Origin: Candidatus Neptunichlamydia sp.
GTDB lineage: Bacteria; Chlamydiota; Chlamydiia; Chlamydiales; Simkaniaceae
Reading direction: 5' to 3'
Length of the DNA: 64,000 bases
Assembly (NCBI GenBank): GCA_965233865.1
Contig: OZ247587.1
Location: 32,001 to 96,000, forward strand
A program made the translations under genes and the position numbers. The notes beneath the pieces were generated by a model that saw nothing but the letters and a program-made list of their open reading frames with translations, ran no database searches and was not told the origin of the DNA. This document shows positions 1 through 9,865 of the stretch, piece after piece; the stretch's first letter is position 1; every line of letters begins with the position of its first letter.

Positions 1-690
1 CGCATTTACTTTAGCGTTAATCCGAGTCCCTTCTCTAAGGTTGTGTTGAACCCAGCGTTTCTTAGTAAGCTCATCTTGTAGCTTTTTTCGGTCCTCGGGC
101 TTAAGAGCGATCGGGCTACTGTTAAGGATTTCATGCAACTTTCCAATACTAGCATCTAGATCATCGATCTGAGTATTTGCCACTTTTATTTGCTGGCTCC
201 AGTATGAGGCCATTCCTGCAAGATTCCACTCTCTTTGAGACCATTTAGAAGTTCCAGGCTTTTCTTGAAGCTTTGTTTTAAGCTTTTTGGTCGATGTTGC
301 ATATCCTTCATAGGTTTTGGCTTTTGCTTCAGCTTGATTTTGAAGATCTTTGTAGTAAGAAAAAATTTTGTTTTTAACAATGGTTTTATAGGTTCCCGCT
401 CCGAAGATAAATATTGATATAGAAGCGATAGTTGCAGTAATCGGATTAGAAATAAGGATAGCTACAGCCACTATGGTACCTGCAAAGGTGGCTAAACCAA
501 TCGCTAGCGCTACATATGCTTTGATCTTGTAATTTTTAGCATTAGATCTTTCAAAAGTATTTAATTCAGAAATGTTTAAGTATTCGTATCGATTTCGAGG
601 TGTATCAGCTTGGAATGAGCTTATCTCAGGCCTATGAATATTTGTTGTGCTTACTGGTAGCTGTTCCACACCAATCCTTATTAATTTCAT
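1..690 (-). CDS. Hypothetical membrane protein, Inc-like bilobed hydrophobic domain plus coiled coil (3' end runs off the window)
   Basis: Manual translation gives an open frame from ATG 690 (or GTG 669, preceded by AAGGA) to position 1: ...KIKAYVALAIGLATFAGTIVAVAILISNPITATIASISIFIFGAGTYK...QIKVANTQIDDLDASIGKLHEIL...; absent from the ORF track because there is no stop in the window. Confidence 0.7.
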   Translation of the reverse strand, partial: MKLIRIGVEQLPVSTTNIHRPEISSFQADTPRNRYEYLNISELNTFERSNAKNYKIKAYVALAIGLATFAGTIVAVAILISNPITATIASISIFIFGAGTYKTIVKNKIFSYYKDLQNQAEAKAKTYEGYATSTKKLKTKLQEKPGTSKWSQREWNLAGMASYWSQQIKVANTQIDDLDASIGKLHEILNSSPIALKPEDRKKLQDELTKKRWVQHNLREGTRINAKVNA

Positions 691-898
691 ACTATTAATA
701 GGTATATTATAACATAAAATTATATAAAACTATATTATTAAATAATTAATATATATAAATATCTTTAATGATGAATTCTTTTTACATATAATAAATTTTT
801 TACTTTGGAATAATTGCTGTCTCTATTAGAATCTGCCTGTTCCCACTCCATGTTGGGATGTGTTGACAATTTTTTACTGATATTGAATAAGAGAAGAT

Positions 899-1117
899 AT
901 GCCTAAAGAAGATACGATTAAGATTGAAGGGAAGGTCGAAGAGCTCCTCCCTAATATGACATTTAGAGTTAGCTTAGAAAATGGAATGACCGTCCTAGCT
1001 CATCTTTGTGGAAAAATGAGAATGCGAAATATCCGAGTTTTTGTGGGGGATACAGTTAAGGTGGAAATGTCACCTTATGATCTTTCGAAAGCAAGAATTA
1101 TTTATCGTCAAAGATAA
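899..1117 (+). CDS. infA: Translation initiation factor IF-1
   Basis: [19 protein letters not shown]...GKMR...[21 protein letters not shown]. Confidence 0.98.
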   Translation: MPKEDTIKIEGKVEELLPNMTFRVSLENGMTVLAHLCGKMRMRNIRVFVGDTVKVEMSPYDLSKARIIYRQR

Positions 1118-1537
1118 TTTAACAATCACCTCCCCTTTTTTCTCATAGAAGATCTCTTACTACCCCTGCATACAATCAGGGGTAATATTCAATTTTCAGA
1201 TCCCTTTCATCTCATATTAAAGAGTCTTTTGCATTCCATCATTCTTACTGCTCTCTCATTTTCGATCTTTTTAAGGTAACTAAAGTAATCAAAGTGGATG
1301 TAAGTAGCGACGTAAAGTGATTTGGGGGTGTCGTTTTGATGGTATCAATTTTTATGAAAATTTTCCTGTGTTTGGTAGAGAATCTAGAAGAAATTTTACC
1401 TTCTTATATAAATTGGTGTTGCTTTTTTTTTAGTTGATAGCTAAGCTTTAATGCATTCGCTTGAGAACTGTAAACGTGTGTGCCATTTCACATCTCTTTT
1501 ATTTAAGAGAAAAGGCGCTAACCTTTACGTTGAAAGC

Positions 1538-1609
1538 GCCCAGATAGCTCAGGGGTAGAGCATTTGCATGGTAAGCAAAAGGTCGTAGGTTCAATTCCTA
1601 TTCTGGGCA
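1538..1609 (+). tRNA. tRNA-Thr(GGT)
   Basis: GCCCAGA/TCTGGGC acceptor stem, anticodon arm TTTGC-ATGGTAA-GCAAA, T-loop GGTTCAATTCC; usual position upstream of tuf. Confidence 0.95.
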
Positions 1610-1659
1610 TCACAAAAGAATATAGAAACTGACTCGACCCTAAGCGGAGGATAACTACG

Positions 1660-2844
1660 ATGGCTAAGGAAACATTTCAAAGGAATAAGCCCCACGTTAA
1701 TATCGGGACTATTGGACACGTCGATCACGGGAAGACAACACTAACCGCAGCAATTACAAACTATCTTGCTAAGAAAGGTGGTGCAAAATTCCGTGATTAC
1801 GCTTCTATCGATAATAGCCCTGAAGAAAAAGCACGTGGGATTACTATTAATTCAAGTCACGTTGAATACGAAACAGAAAACAGGCACTACGCACACGTAG
1901 ATTGTCCGGGACACGCCGACTATGTCAAGAACATGGTTACAGGTGCTGCCCAAATGGATGGAGCTATTCTTGTTGTAGGTGCAACTGATGGGCCGATGCC
2001 TCAAACGAAAGAGCACGTTCTTCTTGCTCGTCAGGTAGGGGTGCCTTCTATCGTTGTATTTTTAAACAAAATGGACCAGATTGGTGCAGGTGACGAAGAA
2101 CTCGTTGACCTCGTAGAAATGGAGATTTCCGAGATGCTTGAGGCGCAGGGATACAAAGACTGCCCTATCATCCGCGGTTCTGCATTAAAAGCCCTTGAGG
2201 GAGAAGCTGAATGGGAAACTAAGATCGATGACCTGATGAAGGCTGTTGATGAAAAAATCCCAACTCCTGAACGTGAAGTTGACAAACCATTCCTAATGCC
2301 AGTTGAGGATGTTTTCTCGATTTCTGGACGAGGAACTGTTGCCACTGGACGTGTAGAAAAAGGAATTATTAAAATTAACGATAAGATTCAAATCGTTGGT
2401 CTTCGGGACACTCGTGAGAGCGTTGCTACAGGTCTAGAAATGTTCAATAAGCTCCTTGATGAAGCTCGTGCAGGAGAGAACGTTGGTGTTCTTCTTCGTG
2501 GAGTAGACAAGAACGACATTGAGCGTGGAATGGTACTTGCAGCTCCTGGGACCTGTAAACCTCACATTAAGTTTCAAGGGACGGTTTATATCCTTAAAAA
2601 AGAAGAAGGTGGACGACACAAGCCATTCTTTACTGGATATCGACCTCAGTTTTACATCCGCACCACTGACGTAACCGGAACAGTCACTCTGCCTGAGGGC
2701 ACTGAAATGGTCATGCCTGGTGATAACGTAGAAATAACTGGTGAGTTAATTAGCCCTGTTGCAATGGAAGAAGGAATGAGATTTGCGATTCGTGAAGGAG
2801 GCCGAACTATCGGTGCTGGAACTGTTTCGAAAATCATTCAGTAG
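1660..2844 (+). CDS. tuf: Elongation factor Tu
   Basis: [14 protein letters not shown] and NKMD motifs; full length. Confidence 0.99.
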   Translation: MAKETFQRNKPHVNIGTIGHVDHGKTTLTAAITNYLAKKGGAKFRDYASIDNSPEEKARGITINSSHVEYETENRHYAHVDCPGHADYVKNMVTGAAQMDGAILVVGATDGPMPQTKEHVLLARQVGVPSIVVFLNKMDQIGAGDEELVDLVEMEISEMLEAQGYKDCPIIRGSALKALEGEAEWETKIDDLMKAVDEKIPTPEREVDKPFLMPVEDVFSISGRGTVATGRVEKGIIKINDKIQIVGLRDTRESVATGLEMFNKLLDEARAGENVGVLLRGVDKNDIERGMVLAAPGTCKPHIKFQGTVYILKKEEGGRHKPFFTGYRPQFYIRTTDVTGTVTLPEGTEMVMPGDNVEITGELISPVAMEEGMRFAIREGGRTIGAGTVSKIIQ

Positions 2845-2860
2845 CCGAAAGGTGGATTTA

Positions 2861-2886
2861 TAAGGGAGCTCTAATGAGTTCCCTTA
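2861..2886 (+). terminator. Stem-loop after tuf (processing/stability hairpin or weak terminator)
   Basis: TAAGGGAGCTC-TAAT-GAGTTCCCTTA; no clear U-tract. Confidence 0.5.
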
Positions 2887-2914
2887 AGGCTCTTTCATAA
2901 AGGAAGAGTCATTT

Positions 2915-2987
2915 GGGTGTGTAGCTCAGTTGGTAGAGCATCGATCTCCAAAGTCGACGGTCGGGGGTTCGAATCCCTCCGCACTCG
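2915..2987 (+). tRNA. tRNA-Trp(CCA)
   Basis: GGGTGTG/CGCACTC acceptor stem, anticodon arm TCGAT-CTCCAAA-GTCGA, GGTTCGAATCC. Confidence 0.95.
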
Positions 2988-3009
2988 GATAGAAATTAGA
3001 TTAAAATCA

Positions 3010-3276
3010 ATGAAAAAAAAACCAGATATGTCGGTCTCACAGAAAGTAGCAGCACTAAGCATGGCGAAAAAGAAAGCCAAAAAGACGGATTTCCTCTATA
3101 ATATGAAAGAGGAAATGAAAAAAGTCTCCTGGACGACTAAAGACGAGCTTCGCACATGTGGGAAGATTGTTATTGGAGCTATCTTTTTTCTGGGTCTTGG
3201 GATCTATTTGGTTGATTTGTTGATTCGCCTTGTTCTGAACGGAATAGGCAACCTAGTGCGATTAATAGGAGCTTAA
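3010..3276 (+). CDS. secE: Preprotein translocase subunit SecE
   Basis: EEMKKVSWTTKDEL plus one TM helix, between tRNA-Trp and nusG; start moved downstream of the tRNA (3010 or 3028). Confidence 0.92.
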   Translation: MKKKPDMSVSQKVAALSMAKKKAKKTDFLYNMKEEMKKVSWTTKDELRTCGKIVIGAIFFLGLGIYLVDLLIRLVLNGIGNLVRLIGA

Positions 3277-3283
3277 ATTAGAT

Positions 3284-3835
3284 ATGGAAGGTCAGTGGTT
3301 TGTCATTCAAGTCATGTCAGGACAAGAGAAAAAGGTAAAGAAAAGCCTTGAGGAAAGTCGCTTAGCGGCTGGAATGATTGATATCGTTCAGGAGATTGTT
3401 GTTCCGACAGAAAATGTAGCTGAAGTGAAACGTGGTGAACAGAAGATTAGTGAAAAGCGTCTTTGGCCTGGGTATGCTTTGGTTAAGATGATTCTCACTG
3501 ATGATTCATGGATGTATGTTAAAGAGACAAACGGTGTTATTGACTTTCTTGGTGGAGGAAAACCCGTTCCTTTGTCGACATCCGAAGTAGGGGAGATTCT
3601 TCAGGATCTCCAATCTCGAAAAGGTGAAGTGGCCTACAAGCACAAATTGCAGGCGGGAGAAAATGTAAAAATTATTGACGGTGTTTTCGTGAACTTCATC
3701 GGAACAGTCATAGAAGTTAATCACGAGAAGGGAAGATTAAGCGCAATGGTCTCGATTTTTGGCCGGGATACTCGGGTGGATGACTTAGAGTTTTGGCAAG
3801 TAGAAGAAGTGACAGAAGACGTAGGAGTTGAATAA
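3284..3835 (+). CDS. nusG: Transcription termination/antitermination factor NusG
   Basis: WFVIQVMSGQEKKV, LWPGY, KOW domain ending VSIFGRDTRV. Confidence 0.98.
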   Translation: MEGQWFVIQVMSGQEKKVKKSLEESRLAAGMIDIVQEIVVPTENVAEVKRGEQKISEKRLWPGYALVKMILTDDSWMYVKETNGVIDFLGGGKPVPLSTSEVGEILQDLQSRKGEVAYKHKLQAGENVKIIDGVFVNFIGTVIEVNHEKGRLSAMVSIFGRDTRVDDLEFWQVEEVTEDVGVE

Positions 3836-3844
3836 GGAAGCGAA

Positions 3845-4273
3845 ATGGCTAAAAAATTTAAAAAAAAGATCAAATTACAAATTCCAGCAGGAAAAGCAAG
3901 TCCAGCGCCACCAATTGGCCCAGCGCTTGGTTCTGCAGGGGTGAATATCATGGCTTTCTGTAAAGAATTTAATGCGAAGACTCAAGATAAGGCTGGAGAA
4001 ATTCTACCCGTTGAAATTTCTGTCTTTTCTGACAAAAGCTTCACGTTTATTACAAAGCAACCTCCTGTTGCGAGAATGATCCTTAAAGAAATAGGGATTG
4101 AGAAGGGATCGGGAGTTCCTAACCGTGATAAAATAGGGAAACTTACAAAAGAACAAGTGAAAAAAATTGTAGATAAAAAACGCCCTGATTTAAGGGTCCG
4201 ATCCGATGAAGCCGCTGGCCGCATTGTTGAAGGGACCGCTAGATCCATGGGAGTGGATATCATAGAAGGTTAA
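3845..4273 (+). CDS. rplK: 50S ribosomal protein L11
   Basis: [20 protein letters not shown]...FCKEFNA...GTARSMG. Confidence 0.99.
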   Translation: MAKKFKKKIKLQIPAGKASPAPPIGPALGSAGVNIMAFCKEFNAKTQDKAGEILPVEISVFSDKSFTFITKQPPVARMILKEIGIEKGSGVPNRDKIGKLTKEQVKKIVDKKRPDLRVRSDEAAGRIVEGTARSMGVDIIEG

Positions 4274-4278
4274 TTGAC

Positions 4279-4977
4279 ATGGCACACAGAAGTAAACGAT
4301 ACAAAGAAATTCAAAAGCTTGTTGATAGAGACAAAAATTACGGACTGGGCGAAGCTGTCGAGGTTCTTAAAACATCTCCTGTTGCAAAATTTGATGAATC
4401 GATAGAAGTCGCTCTTCGTCTTGGGGTTGACCCTAAGAAGTCCGACCAACAAGTTAGAAGTACGGTTTTCCTACCACATGGAACTGGTAAAACAATCCGA
4501 GTCGTTGTCTTGGCTAAAGGTGATAAGGCTAAGGAAGCCTTAGATGCTGGAGCTGATGAGGCTGGAGATAAGGAACTGATTGACAAAATTAAGGGTGGAT
4601 GGATAAACTTTGATGCTGTCATCGCAACTCCTGATATGATGCGCGAAGTTGGGAAATTAGGAAAAATTTTGGGTCCTCGTGGCTTAATGCCTGCTCCCAA
4701 GGCTGGAACAGTAACTACTGATGTTAAGAAAGCTGTAGAAGACTTGAAGAAAGGTAAAATTGAATTCAAGGTTGACAAGAACGGTGTGATTAACAATTTC
4801 GTTGGTAAACTCTCGTTCTCCAAGGAACAAATTGTAGAAAATATTGAGTCCTTAATTGACGCTATTTCAAAAATGAAGCCTCCAACTGCCAAGGGGAACT
4901 TTATGCGCTCTCTATTTGTTTCATCGACGATGGGCGCTGGGCTGAAGATCGAATTAAATTCACTCTCTCTTAGTTAG
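4279..4977 (+). CDS. rplA: 50S ribosomal protein L1
   Basis: KFDESIE, LPHGTGK, LGPRGLMP, SSTMG. Confidence 0.99.
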   Translation: MAHRSKRYKEIQKLVDRDKNYGLGEAVEVLKTSPVAKFDESIEVALRLGVDPKKSDQQVRSTVFLPHGTGKTIRVVVLAKGDKAKEALDAGADEAGDKELIDKIKGGWINFDAVIATPDMMREVGKLGKILGPRGLMPAPKAGTVTTDVKKAVEDLKKGKIEFKVDKNGVINNFVGKLSFSKEQIVENIESLIDAISKMKPPTAKGNFMRSLFVSSTMGAGLKIELNSLSLS

Positions 4978-4991
4978 GAATATAGAAAAGT

Positions 4992-5516
4992 ATGAGAAAA
5001 GAAAAGCAATTTCTCTTAGATGAGATTAAGGAAAAACTGAGCGAATCAGCCTCATTTGTTCTTACGAGCTATTTGGGGATGAATCCGAATACAACTTCGG
5101 ATTTCAGGACCTCTGTTGTTGATAGTGGAGGGCTCTTTTGTGTCGTTAAAAAGCGAGTATTTTTAAAGGCTGCGGAAGAGGCAGGTCTTGCTATCAACAA
5201 AGAGATGCTTTCGGGACATATTGGTATCGTCTACTCCGGAGAAGATACCATTGCTACGACAAAAGCAGTCTATGATTTTAAGAATAAAAACGACAAGCTT
5301 CTCGATGTACTTGGCGGCCTTTTTGAAGGCAAGATGTGCTCTCCTGAAGATCTTAAAGAGATCTCCAAGCTCCCAAGTCAAGAAGAAATGAGAGCTCAGT
5401 TCTTAGGAGTTCTTGAAGCACCTATGTCAGGTGTGGTTTCTGCTATGGAAGCTACCATGTCAGGTGTCGTTAGCTGTATGGACCAAAAGGTTCAAAACGA
5501 AGAATCAAAACAATAA
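4992..5516 (+). CDS. rplJ: 50S ribosomal protein L10
   Basis: Position between rplA and rplL; VVKKRVF, KLPSQEEMRAQFLG. Confidence 0.95.
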   Translation: MRKEKQFLLDEIKEKLSESASFVLTSYLGMNPNTTSDFRTSVVDSGGLFCVVKKRVFLKAAEEAGLAINKEMLSGHIGIVYSGEDTIATTKAVYDFKNKNDKLLDVLGGLFEGKMCSPEDLKEISKLPSQEEMRAQFLGVLEAPMSGVVSAMEATMSGVVSCMDQKVQNEESKQ

Positions 5517-5535
5517 CGCAAAGGGGAAAATAACC

Positions 5536-5934
5536 GTGCCCACACAAGAAGCAAACATTGAAAAATTAGTAGATACGCTAAGCGAACTTACTGTTCTAGA
5601 TATTTCTAAACTTAAAAAAGCCCTCGAAGACAAGTGGGATGTTAAAGCTGCGACAGGTGGACCTGTTATGATGGCTGCTCCTCCTGCTGGAGATAGCGCT
5701 GTTGAAGATGAAGCGACAGACTTCCAAATCATGCTTGAAGAATTCCCTGTTGACAAGAAGATTGCAGTTATTAAGATTGTTAGAGAAGTTACAGGACTTG
5801 GTCTGAAAGAAGCGAAGGAACTCGTTGAAGGATCTCCTAAGGTAGTGAAGGATAGTGTTCCTAAGGCTGAAGCTGAAGAGATTAAGAAGAAGCTTACTGA
5901 CACAGGTGCGAAGGTTGCACTTAAAGGTGTCTAA
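5536..5934 (+). CDS. rplL: 50S ribosomal protein L7/L12
   Basis: GTG start after AAGGGG; KKIAVIKIVREVTGLGLKEAKELVE. Confidence 0.97.
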   Translation: MPTQEANIEKLVDTLSELTVLDISKLKKALEDKWDVKAATGGPVMMAAPPAGDSAVEDEATDFQIMLEEFPVDKKIAVIKIVREVTGLGLKEAKELVEGSPKVVKDSVPKAEAEEIKKKLTDTGAKVALKGV

Positions 5935-5962
5935 GAGCTGCTAAATTAGGCAATTAGGCTGC

Positions 5963-5994
5963 AAGCAGAAATCTCATTTGAGGTTTCTGCTTTT
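5963..5994 (+). terminator. Intrinsic terminator/attenuator between rplL and rpoB
   Basis: AAGCAGAAATCTC-ATTT-GAGGTTTCTGC followed by TTTT. Confidence 0.7.
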
Positions 5995-6070
5995 GCGCAT
6001 CTATAAAAAATTTAAAGTATAAAGACTCAAAAGCGAGTTAAAGAATCAACCATTTCACGGAGGCATTTGC

Positions 6071-9000
6071 ATGCTAAAAAGACCCCCAGAAAGGGTGAGT
6101 TTTAGAAGCCGAGAAGAAATTATCGATCTTCCAAACTTAATTGAAATTCAGGTTAAATCTTTCCGTCAGTTTTTCCAAGAAGATAAACTGCCCCATGAAC
6201 GTGAAAACATGGGACTAGAGGAAGTTTTTAGAGAGATTTTCCCTATCAAGTCTTATGATGAGAAAACTGTTCTGGAGTATCTTTTGTATAACTTGGGCGT
6301 CCCTAAATACTCTCCAGAAGAATGTATTAGACGTGGAATCACTTACAATGTCACATTGAAAGTGAAGTTTCGACTCACCGATGAAACTGGGATCAAAGAA
6401 GAAGAAGTCTACATGGGAACAATTCCTGTTATGACTAACCAAGGGACGTTTATTATTAATGGTGCTGAACGAGTGATTGTTTCCCAACTTCACCGCTCAC
6501 CTGGGGTCTCTTTTGAACAGGCTAAACATGCGAAAGGAAACATTTTGTATTCTTTCCGTATTATTCCTTATCGAGGAAGTTGGCTTGAAGCCTCTTTTGA
6601 TATTAATGACCTTATCTATATCTATGTTGACCGGAAAAAGAGACGCAGAAAAGTTCTTGCGACGTCCTTTATCCGTACTTTGGGATATTCCTCTGATTCT
6701 GATATTATTGAAGAGTTTTTTAACACCTATCGTGTGAAGATTAAATCAGATAAGGATTTTCCTAAGCTTGTTGGTAAAATTCTTGCTGAAGATATTCTTG
6801 ACGAAGACACAGGGGTGATTTTTGGTAAAGCATCTGAAAAACTCACAACTGCGATGCTTAAGCGGATGTTTGATGCAGGAATTAAAGCTGTCCGAATTGC
6901 TGAAGACGCGGACGAAACAAGTCCTATCATCAAGATGCTAGCAAAAGATCCGACTGATTCATATGAATCTGCGTTGAAAGATTTTTACCGAAAAATTCGT
7001 CCTGGCGAACCTGCAACGCTTTCAAATGCTCGTTCGACGATTATGAGACTTTTCTTTGATCCTAAACGCTATAATCTTGGTCGTGTAGGTCGCTATAAGC
7101 TTAATAGAAAAATTGGAAGAGAAACGACTGATGAGGATCTTGAGGTCGTCACCTTGAAGAAGGAAGATCTTGTAGACGCTCTGAAATATTTGATTAAGCT
7201 GAAAGAAGGAAATGAAGATGTTCATATAGATGATATTGATCATCTTGGAAATCGACGTGTACGTTCGGTAGGTGAATTGATCCAGAATCAGTGCCGAATT
7301 GGTCTGGCTCGGATGGAGAAAATTATTAAAGAGAGAATGAATCTTTTTGATTTCTCCTCAGATACTTTGACTCCAGGTAAGTTAGTTTCGGCAAAAGGAC
7401 TTGCTGGGGTCTTGAAGGACTTTTTTGGACGTTCTCAACTTTCTCAGTTCATGGATCAAACAAATCCTGTTGCGGAGTTAACCCATAAAAGGCGTCTTTC
7501 GTCTTTAGGGCCCGGCGGTTTAAACCGTGAACGAGCAGGCTTTGAGGTTCGAGATGTTCATTCGAGTCATTACGGGCGCGTTTGTCCGATTGAAACACCT
7601 GAAGGTCCAAACATTGGTTTAATTACATCTCTTTCCTCTTTTGCTAAGATTAACGAGTTTGGGTTTATTGAGACCCCTTATCGCATTGTTCGCGATGAAG
7701 TTGTTACAGAAGAGATTGAGTATATGACAGCTGATCAAGAGGAGAAGTGTATCATTGCTCAGGCTTCAGCGGCACTAGATGATCATAGTATGTTTGAAGA
7801 GCCAATTATTTGGGCTCGTTATCGGACTGAGGCACTCAAAATTGAGTCAAACAAAGTCACTCATATGGATGTTTCATCAAAGCAGCTTGTTTCGGTTGTA
7901 ACTGGTTTAATTCCATTCCTTGAGCATGATGATGCTAACAGGGCCTTGATGGGATCTAATATGCAACGCCAAGCAGTGCCACTGTTGAAGACAGATGCAC
8001 CTCTTGTAGGAACGGGTCTTGAAAAGAGAATTGCTCGAGACTCTGGCGCTGTTGTAATTGCAGAAGAAGATGGAGTTGTTGAGTATGTTGATGGCTACAG
8101 AATCATAGTTGCTTCTAAAGCAAACAGAATGAGTAAGAAGACTTATCTTTTAAATAAGTTTATGCGTTCAAATGCTGGGACTTCGATAAACCAAACCCCT
8201 CTTTGTAATGTTGGGGATGAGGTGGTTGCTGGAGATACCCTTGCAGATGGCCCTGCGATAGACAAGGGAGAGGTTGCTCTTGGAAAAAATGTTCTTGTAG
8301 CTTTCATGCCTTGGTGTGGTTACAACTATGAAGATGCGATCATTATGTCGGAAAAACTCATCAAAGAGGATGCTTATACCTCTGTATATCTTGAAGAGTT
8401 TGAGCTCACAGCCCGAGATACCAAATTAGGTAAAGAAGAGATTACGCGAGATATTCCGAATGTTTCTGAAGAAGCACTTGCAGATCTTGGTGAAGATGGA
8501 ATTATTCGTATTGGCGCTGAAGTTAAGCCTGGCGATATTCTTGTTGGTAAGATTACTCCCAAATCAGAAACTGAACTTTCTCCTGAAGAGCGTCTATTAA
8601 GAGCAATCTTTGGTGAAAAAGCAGCAGATGTTAAGGATGCTTCTTTAACTGCTCCTCCGGGAACGGAAGGTGTTGTCATGGATGTGAAAGTCTTTAGTCG
8701 ACGTGACCGTTTATCTAAGACGGACGATGAGCTTGTCGAAGAAGCAACACGCATTAAAGATGTTCATCGCGAATTTAAAGAGAAAGAATCTGATATCCTG
8801 ATGCAATTTCATGAAAAACTTGGAGCACTTCTTCTTGGAGAAGAAGCGCCTGAGCCTATTATGCATCGCATTACAGGGGATGTTCTCATGAAGAAAGGGG
8901 ATAAGATCACTCAAGAAATGCTTGAAATGCTTGAATCTGAAAATCCTGATCATTTGATCCTCCCTCAAAATGATACCTATGAAGTGCTTCGTACAATTCT

Positions 9001-9838
9001 CCGTGATTATGAAACGGCTGTACAACATCTTTATATGGAACACAAATCAGAAGTGGAATACATGCGCAAAGGGGATATAGAACTTGATCCCGGCATTATC
9101 CGCCAAGTAAAAGTCTATGTTGCTACCAAGCGTAAATTGCAGGTGGGTGACAAGATGGCGGGGCGTCACGGTAACAAGGGGGTTGTTTCGAATATCGTCC
9201 CTGTTGCTGACATGCCATATCTTCCTGATGGTCAGACAATTGAAATCATTCTTAACCCTCTTGGTGTGCCCTCTCGTATGAATATGGGTCAGCTCCTTGA
9301 GACGCATTTGGGTCTTGTGGCTCGTAGAGCAGGTATCTATGTAAAGAGTCCCGTTTTTGAAGGGTTTCCAGAAGATCGCATTTGGGAGATGATGAAAGAA
9401 CAAGGTTTTTCTGAGACAGGAAAATCCTATCTCTATGATGGACGTAGCGGCGAGCGTTTTGACAACCCGGTTGTTGTCGGGTATATCTACATGCTCAAGC
9501 TTTCTCATTTAGTAGCCGATAAGATTCACGCAAGAGCAATTGGACCTTATTCACTTGTCACTCAGCAGCCGCTTGGTGGTAAGGCTCAGATGGGTGGTCA
9601 GCGTTTTGGTGAGATGGAGGTATGGGCTCTCATGGCTTATGGTGCTGCCCACCTCCTCCAAGAGATGCTCACAGTGAAGTCGGATGATGTATCTGGAAGA
9701 ACGCGAATTTATGAGTCTATTGTCAAAGGTGACAATACGCTTAAAGCGGGAACTCCTGAGTCATTTAATGTCCTAGTGAAAGAGATGCAAGGTTTATGTC
9801 TTGATGTCCGCGCCGAATGCGCAGAAGAAGAAATATAA
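6071..9838 (+). CDS. rpoB: RNA polymerase beta subunit
   Basis: [33 protein letters not shown]. Confidence 0.99.
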   Translation: MLKRPPERVSFRSREEIIDLPNLIEIQVKSFRQFFQEDKLPHERENMGLEEVFREIFPIKSYDEKTVLEYLLYNLGVPKYSPEECIRRGITYNVTLKVKFRLTDETGIKEEEVYMGTIPVMTNQGTFIINGAERVIVSQLHRSPGVSFEQAKHAKGNILYSFRIIPYRGSWLEASFDINDLIYIYVDRKKRRRKVLATSFIRTLGYSSDSDIIEEFFNTYRVKIKSDKDFPKLVGKILAEDILDEDTGVIFGKASEKLTTAMLKRMFDAGIKAVRIAEDADETSPIIKMLAKDPTDSYESALKDFYRKIRPGEPATLSNARSTIMRLFFDPKRYNLGRVGRYKLNRKIGRETTDEDLEVVTLKKEDLVDALKYLIKLKEGNEDVHIDDIDHLGNRRVRSVGELIQNQCRIGLARMEKIIKERMNLFDFSSDTLTPGKLVSAKGLAGVLKDFFGRSQLSQFMDQTNPVAELTHKRRLSSLGPGGLNRERAGFEVRDVHSSHYGRVCPIETPEGPNIGLITSLSSFAKINEFGFIETPYRIVRDEVVTEEIEYMTADQEEKCIIAQASAALDDHSMFEEPIIWARYRTEALKIESNKVTHMDVSSKQLVSVVTGLIPFLEHDDANRALMGSNMQRQAVPLLKTDAPLVGTGLEKRIARDSGAVVIAEEDGVVEYVDGYRIIVASKANRMSKKTYLLNKFMRSNAGTSINQTPLCNVGDEVVAGDTLADGPAIDKGEVALGKNVLVAFMPWCGYNYEDAIIMSEKLIKEDAYTSVYLEEFELTARDTKLGKEEITRDIPNVSEEALADLGEDGIIRIGAEVKPGDILVGKITPKSETELSPEERLLRAIFGEKAADVKDASLTAPPGTEGVVMDVKVFSRRDRLSKTDDELVEEATRIKDVHREFKEKESDILMQFHEKLGALLLGEEAPEPIMHRITGDVLMKKGDKITQEMLEMLESENPDHLILPQNDTYEVLRTILRDYETAVQHLYMEHKSEVEYMRKGDIELDPGIIRQVKVYVATKRKLQVGDKMAGRHGNKGVVSNIVPVADMPYLPDGQTIEIILNPLGVPSRMNMGQLLETHLGLVARRAGIYVKSPVFEGFPEDRIWEMMKEQGFSETGKSYLYDGRSGERFDNPVVVGYIYMLKLSHLVADKIHARAIGPYSLVTQQPLGGKAQMGGQRFGEMEVWALMAYGAAHLLQEMLTVKSDDVSGRTRIYESIVKGDNTLKAGTPESFNVLVKEMQGLCLDVRAECAEEEI

Positions 9839-9865
9839 TTTATAGGAGCTCCCTGGAGAAATTTC

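Noticed and set aside
1118..1537. 420-bp gap before tRNA-Thr with a pyrimidine-rich left half and purine-rich right half
   Set aside because: Could be a very decayed palindrome or leader, but I could not establish convincing pairing or a known ncRNA motif
2917..3009. N-terminal extension of the secE ORF
   Set aside because: Overlaps tRNA-Trp; the real start is at 3010 or 3028
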